From Chrysomallon squamiferum (Eukaryota; Animalia; Mollusca): a DNA stretch of 64,000 bases. Numbering within the stretch: the first letter of the stretch is position 1; each line of letters opens with the position of its first letter. The translations under genes and the position numbers were made by a program. Location: NCBI GenBank assembly GCA_012295275.1, contig CM022665.1, positions 2,852,001-2,916,000 of the forward strand. Direction: 5' to 3'. Shown here piece by piece: positions 28,782-44,477 of this stretch. Under the pieces are notes generated by a model. That model saw nothing but the letters and a program-made list of their open reading frames with translations, was not told the DNA's origin and searched no databases.

Positions 28782-29805
28782 TTTTTTTTTTTCCTTCTTC
28801 ACGAAACACGATTTGTTAGAGCACCCAGGTGGATTATCCCAAATAATCACATCTTTTGTTTAATTATCTATTTTCCTTTTAATTTTAATCAAAGCACACT
28901 TAAATATCGGCGCTCGCTCACACTGAGTCTGGCAAAGTACCAGTGATAATGTGAGCAAATGAATTATTAAATATATAAAAAATAAATCCTTTTAGATGAC
29001 AAACACTTCCGTGAAGACATGTCATGCAAAATGCACATAGGGATTTTGCAGTCATGCGTGGCTTTTTACGGGTCCGGGAGGCGGATCGGACTATAAGAGT
29101 CCCGCAGTAAGCCGCTTACGGCAAAGTAGATAGTCACTGAAAGGATTTCAAAGGCTTAATGTCCGAAGACACAAAATTATCAGCTAATGAAACGTGAAAC
29201 ATTTAAAATGATTAGATGCATTTCTTTTGTACCGTGTTAGAATTGTCGATTAAACGGTGGGTGCGGAAACTATCGTTTTATGAAGAGCAGACGATAACAA
29301 ATTATTTTATTGTGTTTTGATGTACTAACATAGGCGTTTGTAGTAAGAAATATTTATATTACGAGGTCCCACTTAACGTTCTTTTCATTCGACTTGACAG
29401 TAATGTAAGAATCTGCGCGTATGTGTAAAACAGAGTTTTTAACCAGAAGAAACCGACAGCCTTTTTGTATTATATTTTTATACTGTGCAGGTATTATTAA
29501 ATAGCTCAGTTTTTATTACGTGTATAAAACTTTGTTCACGACATTAATAAAAATATTATTTAGAAAAAAAGTGTTCACTGCTTCTTAGTAATAATGACAC
29601 GATTTAAAATTTTTTTTTTAAAAAGAAGAAGAAAGAATACAGTTTAACGTACAAAAATTGTTACTCAATAACACTAAGAAGGATTTACATAAGGTAAATA
29701 TTCTAAGTATTGCATTCCTTATAGCATAATGCATTAAAATGCATTAAAATTATTCTTTAAATTTTTTTTTTTTTTTTTTTTTTTTATTTTGCTTTCACAT
29801 ATTTA

Positions 29806-29864
<59 letters not shown>

Positions 29865-30464
29865 AATTTAATAATATAAATTAAGGATAAGAATTAATTA
29901 AATTTGATACCTTCTACAATTGTTGGGAATAAAAATAAACGATAATTTTAAAATAAAAAATCCAGATAACAAATAATAATAATAATAACCATGAGATCAA
30001 TAAAATGGAATACATTTATTATACGAACAAAAATGTCTGTAATAACAGCCGTTGGCCCTGTGCATTTTAAGTCAGCGATAGCACTGTAGATTATTATCAT
30101 TATTGTTGTTATTATTATTTGTAAGAAAGCGAGCTTATATGTCTTGTATATATATATATAGAGAGAAAACATTCCTGATATTACGTGCAATCAAGCCCAA
30201 AATATTAGTCTGATCGAGTGAATGGAAAGTGGAGAGAACTTAATGCGTACAAAGAAGGGGAGGGAACGTGACGGCTTATCTTGTCCTTCCGTTAGGGATA
30301 ATCAAGTGAGCAAGTATATTAATAGTGGAGTAGTTTAAATCTCTCTTTCTTGTAGGCATCAATCAAGGGATTATCGTTGTGCTGTTTGTCACAGTGTTTA
30401 GCCTGCTACACTTGATAGGAGCAAAACCTCACGACAAAGCCTGTGATCTGGAAAAAAAAGAAAG

Positions 30465-30468
<4 letters not shown>

Positions 30469-30527
<59 letters not shown>

Positions 30528-30542
30528 AGAGAGAGAGAGAGA
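30469..30542. repeat. (GA)n microsatellite
   Basis: Direct reading. Confidence 0.95.
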
Positions 30543-31151
30543 ACAAGTATGTATACTTATGTCACAGGTGAGGAATTACCTACAAATGTCTCATTAACTC
30601 GGAGCTACCCCGAATAGCCAGATACAAAATGAAGTGAGAAAGAAAATAAATCAAAGTGAAGTGTCGGCGCTGACGGGTTACTGTCGACAGGAAACATCTG
30701 GTAATCCGATTAACATATTCACGCGCCTATAACACAAGTCGCGAGTTGTTCACTACACTTGCTGTCACCCACCGGCCCATGACAAACATGTAACATGATA
30801 TTATTTATTTTTGTTTCATTCAGAAAAAATAAACCCAACCATTTTTATTAACAACACACAGATCTATTGTTGTTGTTATTATTATTATCATTGTTATTGT
30901 TATTGTTATTGTTATTGTTATTGTTATTATTATTATTCTTATTGTTATTTTTATTGCTATTGTTGTTATTATTGTTATTGTTATTATTATTATTGTTGTT
31001 ATTATTATATTGTTATTATTATATTATTAGTATTATTGTGATTATTATTATTGTGATTATTATTATTATTTATTATTATTATTATTGTTTTAAAATGTTT
31101 AAATTTTTTTTTTATTTCATTTATCTTTTCTTTTCTCTTTTTATTTATTAT

Positions 31152-31191
<40 letters not shown>

Positions 31192-31506
31192 ATATACCTG
31201 TACATAAAATAAATACAAATTGATAGAAACCCCTCCCCAAAACCCACATCTCCCACCCAATTATGTTTTAAATGAATAAATAAAATAAACAGATGTCACA
31301 TTAATAAAGATTTATGAATTAAGTAAATCCATCGATAAAACTGAACAACAAACATTACTGAGGTAAACTTCACATGGTAACACTGGTAACACAAAAATAT
31401 AAATATAATTAGCAAAATAACAAAACAAAAGTCTAGCTACCATTATAGGTCCTGATTTAAGTTAATTTTCGCGTATCAGTTATTACTATTATTATTACTA
31501 TTATTA

Positions 31507-31540
<34 letters not shown>

Positions 31541-31649
31541 GCGTTCTAACGTGCGTTTCTGTCTTTATATAATTAAGCCAAAACATCTAATAAGTAAGTC
31601 AAAAGAAGTGAACCTAATAAATATATATCTGTATCTAAATCTACATCTC

Positions 31650-31661
31650 TCTATCTATCTG

Positions 31662-31750
<89 letters not shown>
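31650..31750. repeat. (TCTA)n(TCTG)n tetranucleotide microsatellite
   Basis: Direct reading. Confidence 0.95.
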
Positions 31751-32309
31751 ATAATTTTAACAAATATATATTTTTAAATCCGCAGTTATTAGCGAAACCC
31801 TTTCCGTGTAAAAATCAATTGACCTAAACATGTTCTTTATTATGATTATATTTTTTTTTCTTCTTCCTTTTTTTTAATTTTTTTTTTCTAGTTGGTGAAA
31901 TTAATTTTAAACTGATCTCTGTTGCCAGTGATAATATTATTTATACACAGTGCTGTTGTACAAACAGAAATTTATAGTAATTCATTCGAGTTATGAAACA
32001 TATTACGTAAACTGTTCATAAACAATACTGTATTTGGTACCGCCTGAGAAACACTCACACACACGAGTACACACACACACACACACACATACATATATAT
32101 ATATATTATGTGTGTGTGTGTGTGTGTGTATGTATATATAGAATATGTGTGTGTGTATATATATATATATATATTTATTCATTTATACTCACACACTACA
32201 CAAGTGACATAAGTATATATACATTTTTATTCTGTAAGCTTAAATACTGAAAAAAAAACCCACACATATATATACACACACACACACATACACACACACA
32301 TATACATAA

Positions 32310-32346
<37 letters not shown>

Positions 32347-32448
32347 AAGATATGCAATTCATTTTTTATTCTGTATAAATACTGGCAAAAAAAAAAAATA
32401 AACACAACACATTTTTATTCTGTACATACATACACAAATACTGGCAAA

Positions 32449-32482
<34 letters not shown>

Positions 32483-32726
32483 TTTCATGGGTATATTTGA
32501 ATGTGTGTTTATTTCACTTCTTTATCTTTTCTTTTTTTTTTTTTAATATTTAAGCTAACAGCATACAATTTCATTCAGAATCTTTATTCTGTGCTGCAAT
32601 TAAAACGTTTGCTGATTTTAAAGTTCATTTGATATATCTCGATGTTTTCACCTATTAACAAACATCTCATGTCTTCTCATTTTATTTCACCCGTACCTTT
32701 GTACTATATAATTAAGCTGTTTTATC

Positions 32727-32765
<39 letters not shown>

Positions 32766-32832
32766 GTATGCTTTTAATACAGATAAGTGAAATAAATAAA
32801 CAAACAAACAAACAAACAAACAAACAAGCAAA

Positions 32833-32871
<39 letters not shown>

Positions 32872-33464
32872 GGTAATAAATTAAATAATATGGTATGTAA
32901 ATAAAAAGAACAACACTTTATATATATATATATTAGCAGTAGTAGTAGTAGTAGTAGTTCAGTATGATAAAAATTATAACATTAATTAATTACAAAATAT
33001 GAAATAAATTCATTTTTGTGTTTATTTATTTATTTATTTATTTATTTAATTATTAAATAAATAAATAAATACAACGGTCTTTTCAAAATACACTTAAATA
33101 GCTTATTTCTTTCAAAAAATAACGCCAGAGAAAAGTTTCTTACTAGATATTGTAGTTCTGTGGTCAGAGTGCCCCAGGTGAGTCACTTGTAATTATCAGC
33201 TCACATTGATCTTTAAACTGTGTTGTCTTGTTCTACCTTGTTTAAAATAAAACCAGTAGAAAAACTTCTTACAGCTAAACAATGTATCAGTTACGAGTTT
33301 TTTCTTTTACAGCATTATAACATACGTATTACGTCAATGATTTTTTCTTTATATCTAGATATCTAGTGTGTACGTCTATTTTACATCATCATCATGTTTA
33401 ACTGAAGTAGTACTACCACTACTACTTCATATTTCGTCATCTCTAGTGTATACGTCTGTTTTAC

Positions 33465-33499
<35 letters not shown>

Positions 33500-33711
33500 T
33501 ATTATTATTATTATTATACTTATAATAATAGTAGGGTAGTAGTAGCAGTTGTAGTAGTTGTAGTAGTCGCAGTAGCAGTAGTAAATAAATAAATAAATAA
33601 TCACTGTTATTTGTTAAATATATTTCACATTGTTGTGTAAAAAATGTCTAAAATAAATGATTAAACAACAAATTTAAAGTTAAAGAGCTGTTTCGAAACT
33701 TCTTTCTTTCC

Positions 33712-33806
33712 TTATTATTATTATGATTATGATTATGATGATGATGATTATTATTATTATTATCATTATTATTATTATTATTATTATGATTATTATTATT
33801 TTTATG

Positions 33807-33838
<32 letters not shown>

Positions 33839-34058
33839 TATTTATTATTATTATTATTATTATTATTTTTATAATGATGATGATGATGATTATTATTATT
33901 ATTATTATTATTATGATTATTATTATTATTATTATTTTTATAATGATGATGATGATGATTATTATTATTATTATGATTATTATGATTATTATCATCATTA
34001 TTATGTATATTATTATTATTATTATTATTATCATCATCATCATCATCATTATTATGTA

Positions 34059-34117
<59 letters not shown>

Positions 34118-34153
34118 TATTATTATGTATATTATTATTATTATTATTATTAT
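33712..34153. repeat. Long compound (ATT)/(ATG)/(ATC) microsatellite with higher-order internal duplications
   Basis: The blocks TTTTTATAATGATGATGATGATGATT and CATCATTATTATGTATATT each recur. Confidence 0.95.
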
Positions 34154-35098
34154 GGTTTGTGAGGTTCCCACACTGACACAATGCTGTTACAGGGTTTCGA
34201 GATCACGTATCGCGTGGTGGTGATCTCGTAATGATACGCGTGGGCCCCAGTGTTGACACATTGGTTTTTATTTACAGAAAACTTTGTTTACTGACCACGA
34301 AACACAACACCAGCGATCTCCTGTTTGATCTGTGTAGGGGGCAAAAATTAAGAATATGTTTGATTACCTTAAATTAAAAAAGAAACCCCTCCAAAAAAAG
34401 AAAAATAGAAAAGAAAACGGTTTTATTTTATTTTATTTTATTTATTCATTCTTTAAGACGAAGATTAAGAACAAGAATAACAACAGTAATAGTAAAAATG
34501 GCAGAAAGAACTAGTACTAGTAATATTAATAGTAGTCGTAATAGTCTGAAGCAATGTCTAACCAGTAAGACAGAACTGTAGTGACAGTTGAAGTAGCAGT
34601 AGTAGTGGTAGTAGCAGAAGTAACAGTCGTATCTGCAGAAGCAGTATATGTTGCGATAGTGACTGTTGGTTTTTGAAGTGAAAATTGTAATAATTTAAAA
34701 AAACAATAAAATTTTAAAAATCAACGTAACATTAAAATAATCTCGTGGAAGCATAAATACATTTTTATTACTTTAGTATTTTCTGTCTTTTATTTTATTT
34801 AATTTGCGAAAATACTGTTTGTTTGTTTTTTTTTTTTTTTTTTTTTTTTTTTTGTATATCGTTTGACTAAGTGGTGACGAGTGGACAGGCTGTATATGCA
34901 AATGGCTGATCATGTTGCTGACAGGCCTCTGACTGTCTCGAGATTTTAATCTGTTACAGAACGCAGATATCTCGTACTCCTGAAACACTGATCACTGACG
35001 ATATGGAAACGCCTGTCACAGGTTTGTCCTCCTAGTGCCGTCCTTACCCAAACTTGTTATCAATCACATTGTCAACGCTAAACCCTTGACCTTGCAAA

Positions 35099-35133
<35 letters not shown>

Positions 35134-35343
35134 CTTTCCTCTTACTTCAGTTAAACATCCACTTGTTTGTCAGAATGTAAATGGTCAAATAAATTATTCT
35201 TGTAGTTATAAAAGTTAACGAGGATCAATTTTAAAATTTAATTTTTTTTTTAAATGGGCATCTGCAAAAATAAGTTCATCAGAGGAAAGTGTCGTATTTG
35301 TATTTAAAATGAAAATACATTTTTAATATTAATTTCATCCGTA

Positions 35344-35383
<40 letters not shown>

Positions 35384-36753
35384 GTTCGTTCTCTGTTCTT
35401 GCCCGACACTATGTTGTTTGATGTAAAAAAACATTATGTTCTTGTAAGACCATTAAAAAATTCAGTGAACTGAAACTGGAAACTATTCAATAAAGAACTT
35501 CGATATTACATTTAGCTTTTTTTTTTTTTTTTTTTTTTTACTATAATTATAATCATCCTGTGTTTATTTATTGATTTTATTTTATTTATTTATTTTTATT
35601 TCTTTCAGTGGAGTTTAGTTGTAAAATTAATTACACGAATAGTAAAAGGACCCTACATTTATTATATCTTCGGTATCATTGTTACCAGCTTTCTGAAGAA
35701 GATCAAGTGATAATGATAAGCGTGAGAACAGCTCACTGTAGATTAAACCATCACGTGTAGACGAGATTCCACGTGGAAGACACTGGCACATGTCACTGAG
35801 GCACAACGTCAGTGAAACGTCTTCTGCAGCATTGTTACACATACCAGAATCAAACAAACCCTGAAGGAGAAACTTTCTGGACCCAAGGAAAGCTTACAGC
35901 ATACAGGACCATTTGTCTGAGCGCTCGATGAAGAAGAATACATTTGTTTATGATTATACGCCGGCAATAATATATATAATTCTAAGATTATAAATAACAA
36001 CAACAATAACCAAACTCGTATGACTTACTTTCTATTTGAATAATAAAATAGCTGATGGTCAGATTAAAAATATTAGTATTGTCCGGATGTCTGTGTCTTT
36101 AATAACAAAACCAGTCCCGTTTGCAATTACAGTGTTTTTGTTTTCCTTACATAGACTATTTATTTACTTATGCTGTTTGATTCTGAAATTTTACGTCTAA
36201 ACATTCTGTAAACTTCTCAAGATTTTGTGTTTGTTAAAACAGTTATAGTTTCATGACAATGTTCCTGAAGATCATAAGAGTTATTTTAAATCATTTATTT
36301 GAGTTTTTATCCTAACTGATCAGTCTTAGTGTTTTACATTTGATTAAATGCAATATTAACAAATCTTAGCCTAACTTCACGTAGAAAATAAGTAAGAAAA
36401 CAGACGTACTTGCTTGGCTTTCGGTCAGTGTTATATTGTTAAACTGGAAGAGAAGTTCTGAGAACTAACATGAGGTGTTTGGTACATCCTCGTATTTAAT
36501 AAAGTGAACTTCAGTGAGAGTGGTGTGGAACACGCTTTATCTCTGTGTCACACGTACACCAAATGTTTACTTTAACATTAGCTTAACATTATCTAGAATA
36601 TCTTCATAGGTTGTGAGTGGATCCCATGTCTGACCTCAGAAATCAGTCAATGCAGACACACCAGGCATGTTATTTTAGTGAGTGGCCTCAGCGAATTTGT
36701 GTTCATGTATTTAATACATGTGTAGTTGTTTTTTTTATACGTCCTGTCTCTTT

Positions 36754-36793
<40 letters not shown>

Positions 36794-38449
36794 GTTCAGG
36801 ACATTCAATATTATTGACTAACTTTCTGACTATAATTATTTTACATCCTGGATATATAACCTTCTTATTTACTTTAATGATTTAAATGAATTTTATAAAA
36901 ATTGCGACACAGCATTCTTCTCCATGCAGTTCTGTTTGTTCAGTGTTCAGAGTAATTTTAAATAAAGCTACATATATACACGATGTGTTCAAATGAATAC
37001 TGTACTCGACGACGTACAAACATTTTGAGTTTTTCAAAGCAGTCCCAATAAATGTCTGACATAGGTCAATCTTTATAAATGGTTGTGGTTTGGTTTTTTT
37101 TTTTTTTTTTGCTTCGTGTTTTTGTACGAATTACTCTTTAAAGCAATGACTACATTATCGAGCTAGACTTAAGTCATAAGAATGCTTCATTTTATCTTGA
37201 AACAGTTAACTGTATAACCTGTGATCAGATCTCGTTGCTGTTTATGCTCAAAAAGAAGAAAACTTCTTTGCATTTTGATCATAGATGTATGCAATTCATT
37301 AATTTGTCGCGGAATTCGGAGAATGCTGAAAAATAACGCGAGGAATGCTTGAGGCACAACAAATGAAACTCTTGAATGAGATATTTATTCACCAAAAGCA
37401 ATACTGCTGGGGCCAAGGATCCGTAACTAAACCCACGAGAAGGCGGCGTCTTCAAAGTGTCTTTGTATATACAGGTAACAGAGTGAATGGACAGTGGACA
37501 TCGAACACGAGGGAAAGATGCTCTCTAAACACGTCCATCTGACAGCCAAAACCTTGGCCCATGAAGAAACATGCTAGTGAAAAAAGAACGCGAAACGTAT
37601 TAGTTATTTATCTCGTCTTGAGTCTCTCGTCTTTTGGAGATTCCCGTTTTACACTCGATATTCAAGAAGAAAAAAAAAAAAAAAAAAAAAATCTCGGCAT
37701 GTTCGCGGTTTTGTGAATAACTGCGAGCAAAGCTGATTCAGGAATACTGTGAAATTTGAATAGACTTGTTAACGATATGGTCAAATGCCGGATAACAAAA
37801 AGTGAGAATTGAAAAGGCAGGACCCTCCATCTAAAGGGCTAGCTTTTCGTGCATACATTGTACAGCATGCAGCGAGAGGGTGCGTGAAACTGAGAGAATA
37901 AATCACATGAAAATAATATGAAAGACGCATTAGTTTGTATTCTATGATTACACCTTGAATAACATACAAGTGACGTTTGGTGACAGGGGCAAACTTAAAA
38001 TGTAAATTAATATCAGTGGAAAGCGGAATATATTATCTAGACTGCTTAAATAAGCACATCAATGAGTCACATTGTAAAACCCTACAAGGTGTCACTCAGG
38101 TATACTCGGGATAAAAAAATTGGTCATCATGATTATTGTTGCTGATGTTTCTGTCGTCGCATCTTTTGTTTCTGCGATCTTTGCTGTGTGCTTTTGTTAT
38201 TTAGAGACTTTTTTTCTGGTTACACCTGAATCGATTTCAGAGTTTCACTTCACACGTACACACACAAATAAATTAAATTAAATTAAATATAAAATAGACA
38301 TATAAACAGTACATCTCGCTTCGGCTTATTTCACTTTTTAAAATTTAAAAGCTATTTTTCTGTAAGGTTCTACTTTAACAACATAACATTAGTTTAACAG
38401 TTAAATTTCTCATTGTCTTCTGTTTTTTTTCCGAGATATACCGAACGGT

Positions 38450-38487
<38 letters not shown>

Positions 38488-40274
38488 CCTGTGCCTTTTA
38501 TACATTATGAAATAATTTCTGTTGCATCTTTCACTGACTTTCATCGTGCTAATGGCTAACAGTTAGTCCCACAGAGAGAGAAATAACTTTGTACGAACAA
38601 GAAAGTCACTTGCCTCTGTGTGGATTCTGAGCTGACGTTCTTTCTCTAATTGGATTTGTTCCAACCTTTTTCTAGCCTACTTGAGACACCTTATATTTAT
38701 ACTATTATACCCCCCACATTCAAGCTCGAAAAAGCAGACATTGTGCTTCGATTAATATGAATATCACGCGCCAGGTGTTCTCTATACAACACTTATAACT
38801 CACCGGCTTGCGAGAGTGTATCATGAGTTATAATAATTATTGGAAAAAATGACTGAAAGGCGCAAGGTTTTTTCTTATCCTGTGAATAAACGAAATTTGT
38901 TTGTATACAAGTGCTGGGTGAAAAGAAGCTCGTACAAAAGACTGGGAAAGGTAAAAGATTGATAGTTACAAAAGGGGTTTTTTCAAAGATACGTCTTTCA
39001 CTTTTTAACCTGCCTAGGAGTCGGGCGAGCATTTCAGCCTGACTGCGAGTTGTAAACAGTTTATTTATTTTTTATGTAAATCATAAAAATATTGCTGAAA
39101 TATATAAAATAGGAATCCAAAGAAAGAACAGATCATAAAAGTTCATTCCGTGTGAAATATGTTTATTATTTTTAAAAAGTGTAACAAAACTGTAACGACA
39201 ACATCAGAAAGTTATGTCTGTAAAGAGATTTGTGAAAACTGAAAGCTGGTTTTGTGGTGTCTCAGAAACCCGTTGTCTCGCTGTTAGACTGCTTTTACCC
39301 ACGTGCAGCAAAATGTATTTTATGTCTTCCTAGAATAACAATTTTTAAAGAAATTTTTGTTGGTGAATTAATCGTTGAGTTCTGGTTGAAACAGGATAAA
39401 AGCGCTGAGAAAGATCGAGCCTTTAAAAAACAAAAATAAAAACAACCGATAACAGTCATTAAACAATGTAACTAAATAGTAGTAGTAGTAGTAGTAGCAG
39501 CAGTAGTGGTAGTAGTAATATCAGTAAATAAATAAATAAATAAATAAATTAATTAATTAATTAATTAATTAATTAAGCAAGTACGTAAGCAAGTAAGTAA
39601 ATAAGTAAATAAATAAATAAATAAATAAATTTTGAAGCAGCATTATGGCCTTAACTCGGCACGAAATGTTTCTCGGTACCAAAATGAAACTAATCATTAG
39701 AAAGAAAATACCCAGAACACAACATAAACTTATTGGTGTTGTCTATTGTTTCCAGTAACATAAAATGTCTTTTTGAGTTTAATTGATCGGGATGTAATCA
39801 ACTATGGTTAGAGTTCATATTCGGCACGTTGTAATCGATAATCAATGACGATGCTTTTGCGATTGGTCTTTATCTGGAAACATCAAAGGAACGTGGAAAC
39901 TTTGCTACCGGAGAAAACGACGGAATGCCTGATTGGCTCTTCGTGTTGCCCGTATGTAGACCCCGGCTTCGGAAACGTTTCCCTCGAAGCTATATGATTT
40001 TCGCATAAATTTTCGCTTTGATAGAAGAACACTGTGAATAGAAGTTTGAATTGGTTCTGTGTTTTGTTGGAGCCATACAGCCTCCAAGTGGACGCTTTGT
40101 GTTGGCGTTAAATCATCCGGGTGGAAAGCGGTTGTCTGCACCGGTCGACCCTGATCACATCGACTAGAATGTCCAGCATCGGGCGACGGAATTCACGCGA
40201 GTCTGTGCAAAGTGCAGAGTAACTTTCACATCTGACACACCCACAGAGAAACAATTCTTCAAAATATTAATATC

Positions 40275-40278
<4 letters not shown>

Positions 40279-40347
<69 letters not shown>
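40279..40347. repeat. (TC)n microsatellite
   Basis: Direct reading. Confidence 0.95.
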
Positions 40348-40350
<3 letters not shown>

Positions 40351-41819
40351 AGTTCTAGATTTGTGAGGTGTTTTGGTGTTGCTTGGTTTGGTTTTTTTTT
40401 TTGTTTTCTTTCCCTTTTTGCCTTCATGTTTCACTTCTTTCATTCAGACGAAATGTCAGGTGTGAGTTTCTGAGACACTGGAGTTTGATGTCAGCGTATC
40501 CAGCACTGGTCTCAACCCTTTAATCACCATCCATGATGACAATGACCTGTTTATTACGCTAAACAGGAGAGGTGTGGTGCAGGAAATAAACGAAAGGATC
40601 TGAAAGGATTTTTTTTTCTTTTTTTTTTTCCTCCAGGAGTAAGCTATTATGTGTGGCGAGTCCAGTGATGCTCGACCACCTACTAATGAGTTTATCTATT
40701 TATCTACACGCATCCAACCGTGTAATTAGCCGGTTCGCACCACTTGGTCAGAGGAATGGTCAGATGACAGGCACGTCATTACTGAAACCTCGACATGATA
40801 GCATCGTCTGGTGTATACCAATTTCCTATGCTATAAAAACAAAAACAAAACAACAAAACAAAAAAAAAAACGAGAACAGTTCTCGAGTTTTATACAGAAA
40901 AGAGAAAATCTGATTTGACTAAAAAGAATGGTAGCGTTTGGTTGTGGGGTTTTAGATCAAATCACTGACAGGTATTGATCGGGTGTCTTGACAGAGTGCA
41001 AGTTTAATATCCGTTCTAATGAGTGCAGTAATAAATGTCGAGTTAAACAGAATCACACGTTCTTTTGTAAGATGATTTCGATGTGCTTAATTAAATAAAA
41101 AAATAAACAAAAATAATAAAAAAATAACTGACAAAATAAACCTACAGCTCTACAGAGCAAATGTCCGCCATAAAATAAATATTCTTGATTGCATAATTCA
41201 GTATATTGTTGTTTTATTTATTTATTTATTTATTTTTTTTTATTTAGTTCTGTATTATATTCAGTTTCAGTACATCTATGGTTTAGAAAATTTACTTTAT
41301 TAAATCAAAATATTTTATTTATTTATTGTCTTTCTATTTATTTATATATTTATTTATTTTATTTTCTATTTGAATAGGTTTTTCCGGAGAGACAGAAACA
41401 AATAAAATACTTGACAACAACAGTTACAGAAATTTACTACTAAATTCCATGTTTAATAATATATTGTTGTTATTCCACATTAACTGGCCATACACTGTAG
41501 TAACATAATGACATACTTTGTATTTTTACTTTTTTGTGAAATACGTCGCTAAAATGCAAGACTGTAAGAAAATTCGATACAGTAATTTGTTTCATCATGT
41601 GCATAAGTAATGCTGTTTTCTGCTTTATTTGAGAAGCTCATACATTACTGTGCATATGTGTAATGTTTAATTTAAATAATTTCAAGACTCATTCATTTGT
41701 TAAATTAATTTTATAAACGCACAAATCCCGAAAACTTGTCAGTACTGACTTTGTCACTTACACTGACTCTCACCCACCCAAACATTCACAAATATATATC
41801 TGTACACAACAAAAACTCC

Positions 41820-42200
41820 TCTATACACACATACACATATTTACACATACGTATACAAATATACATACATACATCATACAAACATTCACACACACATACA
41901 TACATACATACATACATACATACATACATACATACATACAAACATACATACATACATACATATACATACACAGACATAGAATAATACATACATGCATACA
42001 TACATACATACACACACACACATACACACACAAATACATACATTAATACATATATACATGCATACATATAATACATACATACATTCATTCAACATACATA
42101 CATACATTCAATATGCATACATACATTCATATATACATACATCCATACACACACATTATACACATACATGTGTACATGAGCACACATGCACACAGACACT
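41820..42200. repeat. (TACA)n / (CA)n degenerate satellite
   Basis: Direct reading; source of the MYVC/HTYI ORFs. Confidence 0.9.
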
Positions 42201-43687
42201 CCAATGAAGGAGCACGAGATGTCATTTCTGTGAATAATAAAGTCAGTTATAATTACACAGTGAGAGACTGACAGCAATGTTGTTGTTGGAGGTAACCCGT
42301 GTTTGCGGAGCTCTGGAAAGTACATAGTCAGTTTGTCACATGTTAATAGAATATATTCGAAAACTGTGTGACTCCGCAGTGTCGCAGCTTGTCAATTGTG
42401 TCACCGTAAGGATCAATGACAACAGCATTGTAATCTCTATTGGTCCTCATCATTTCGCACTTCTTGCACCTGGGCTCGTCCTCTATGTGGGCCATTCCGG
42501 TACCTTTCATCTAGCGTGTCCCAGTTGACGGCTTCATCCACGTGGAACACAACGCACCGGCAATCCTTTATTGTTGGTGACCACACAGTGCGGCTTTGTG
42601 TTCCTCGCTGAAAAGTGCCCAAGTCTTTCGCTAACGATATGTGGTCGGGAGGTGACAGGTGACAAAAGTATTTGTTACTTGCTGGAAACCTCGAGCTTTG
42701 AGCACAAACGAAGCTAATTTCATATCTATTAACTTTGGGGCTTCTTAAACAGTTTCGCACACACACACGGAATAGTTTGTTGGTCGAGAATGAATTTTGT
42801 CAATTGTATGGCATAAAAAAAAAAAAAAAAAGAATAAGAAAAAAAAAAAAAAAAAAAGGCGTCATGTTCGTGCAAATTTATGAATCAAATTGTCCCTGTT
42901 TGAAAAAAATCTTGTTGGCCTATCTGCATACATATTGGCCATCTTATTCTATTCTTCGCTATTCCATCTTCAAAGTGTTCTAAGAGAGCTCACTCTATTG
43001 TGAAAAAACGTGCTGCTCGAGTAAGAATAGAGGCGAAGAACACTCACACAGAAAGACTTCTTTTCTCTATTCACTTACTGTGATGGAATTGATTCTTTAC
43101 AAGTGTACATACCGACCACGTTAATAGATATTCTGTTGATGAAAACTATCACTGCACAAAATAACAAAGTGTATGCAATTTTGAATAATAATAAAAAAAA
43201 AAAAAAAAATATAAAAATATTTAGAATAAAAACAGAATGTGTAAATGAAAGAAATATTCATGTCAAAAAAAAAAAAAAAAAAAAAAAAATAATAATAATA
43301 ATAATAATAAATAAAATAAACAAATAAATAAAAAAGGTTATATTTGAGGGAGTGGGTTTAGTTAAAGAATACATATTTTTGAAAAGAAAAAGTGTTTTAT
43401 TTGTGTCAGTGTATAAGAAAGATATGAATACATGGAATAAAAAAAAAAAAAAAAAAAGGTACACACGGGTAACATAAAAAGAAAAAAAAAAAGAAGAAAA
43501 ACGTAAACTTTTGAGATTGTAACAAACTGAACTTTCTCAACATGAAACGACATTAATTAGATGATGATTAACAAAATAACGTACATCGTTACGATATTAA
43601 TTAATTTATTTCTCCAATTTCAGTTCAGGCAGATAAATATAAAATCTAAAAAAAAAAAAAAAAAAAAAATAATAATAATAATAAATA

Positions 43688-43731
<44 letters not shown>

Positions 43732-44445
43732 TAAAGGATTTGAAATAAAACACTAAAACGTCATGATAAAAGTGAACGTTTTCATTAAAGCAAGTTGTAA
43801 ATATAAAAAAAGCGTACGTCCTGCTGTGAATCGCTTTGAAGTCTCTCCCCCCCCCCCGCGACTCTGTTACTTGTTGAAAAACTGCGCGGCTTTATCATCA
43901 TCATCATCAGTGATGCTAATTAAATGTACTTTCTACGGCGTGGTCAGCTTCACTGAGCAAACGTCTCCTAAAAAGAAAATAATAGTTGTTGAAACGCTAA
44001 TGTTTCAGTTTTAAAGAAAACCCATGTATTTACAGAGGAATAAACACGTCCCCCGGGACACGGAGAGCGACACGACGGGCGGGGTTCATGTACAAATTAG
44101 TCCAGCTTGCCGCCGAGCTGTGGAGAGAGTGTTAATCCAGCGGCGCACGAAACAGACTGGCAGATCCTAAAGGAAAATCAATGCTTCTCCGTCCGGTCTA
44201 TTAGGAAATTAATTGTCGCCTTGCACGAAAGAACGCGACGTGCGCGCGTGTGTCTGTCACACAACGGGATCTTCACCAACTATTACTAATATCAGTTTTG
44301 TTTTGTCTCGTTTCTGTCGAAATGTGAGATGGGCGGGAGAAAGGAGTATATGCTACAAATTAGAAAACTGGGGGTCAATAAAAAAAAAAAAAAAAAAAAA
44401 CATTTTTTTTGTTGAAACTGTTACGCTTGTGTTCTGTGAAGAATT

Positions 44446-44477
<32 letters not shown>

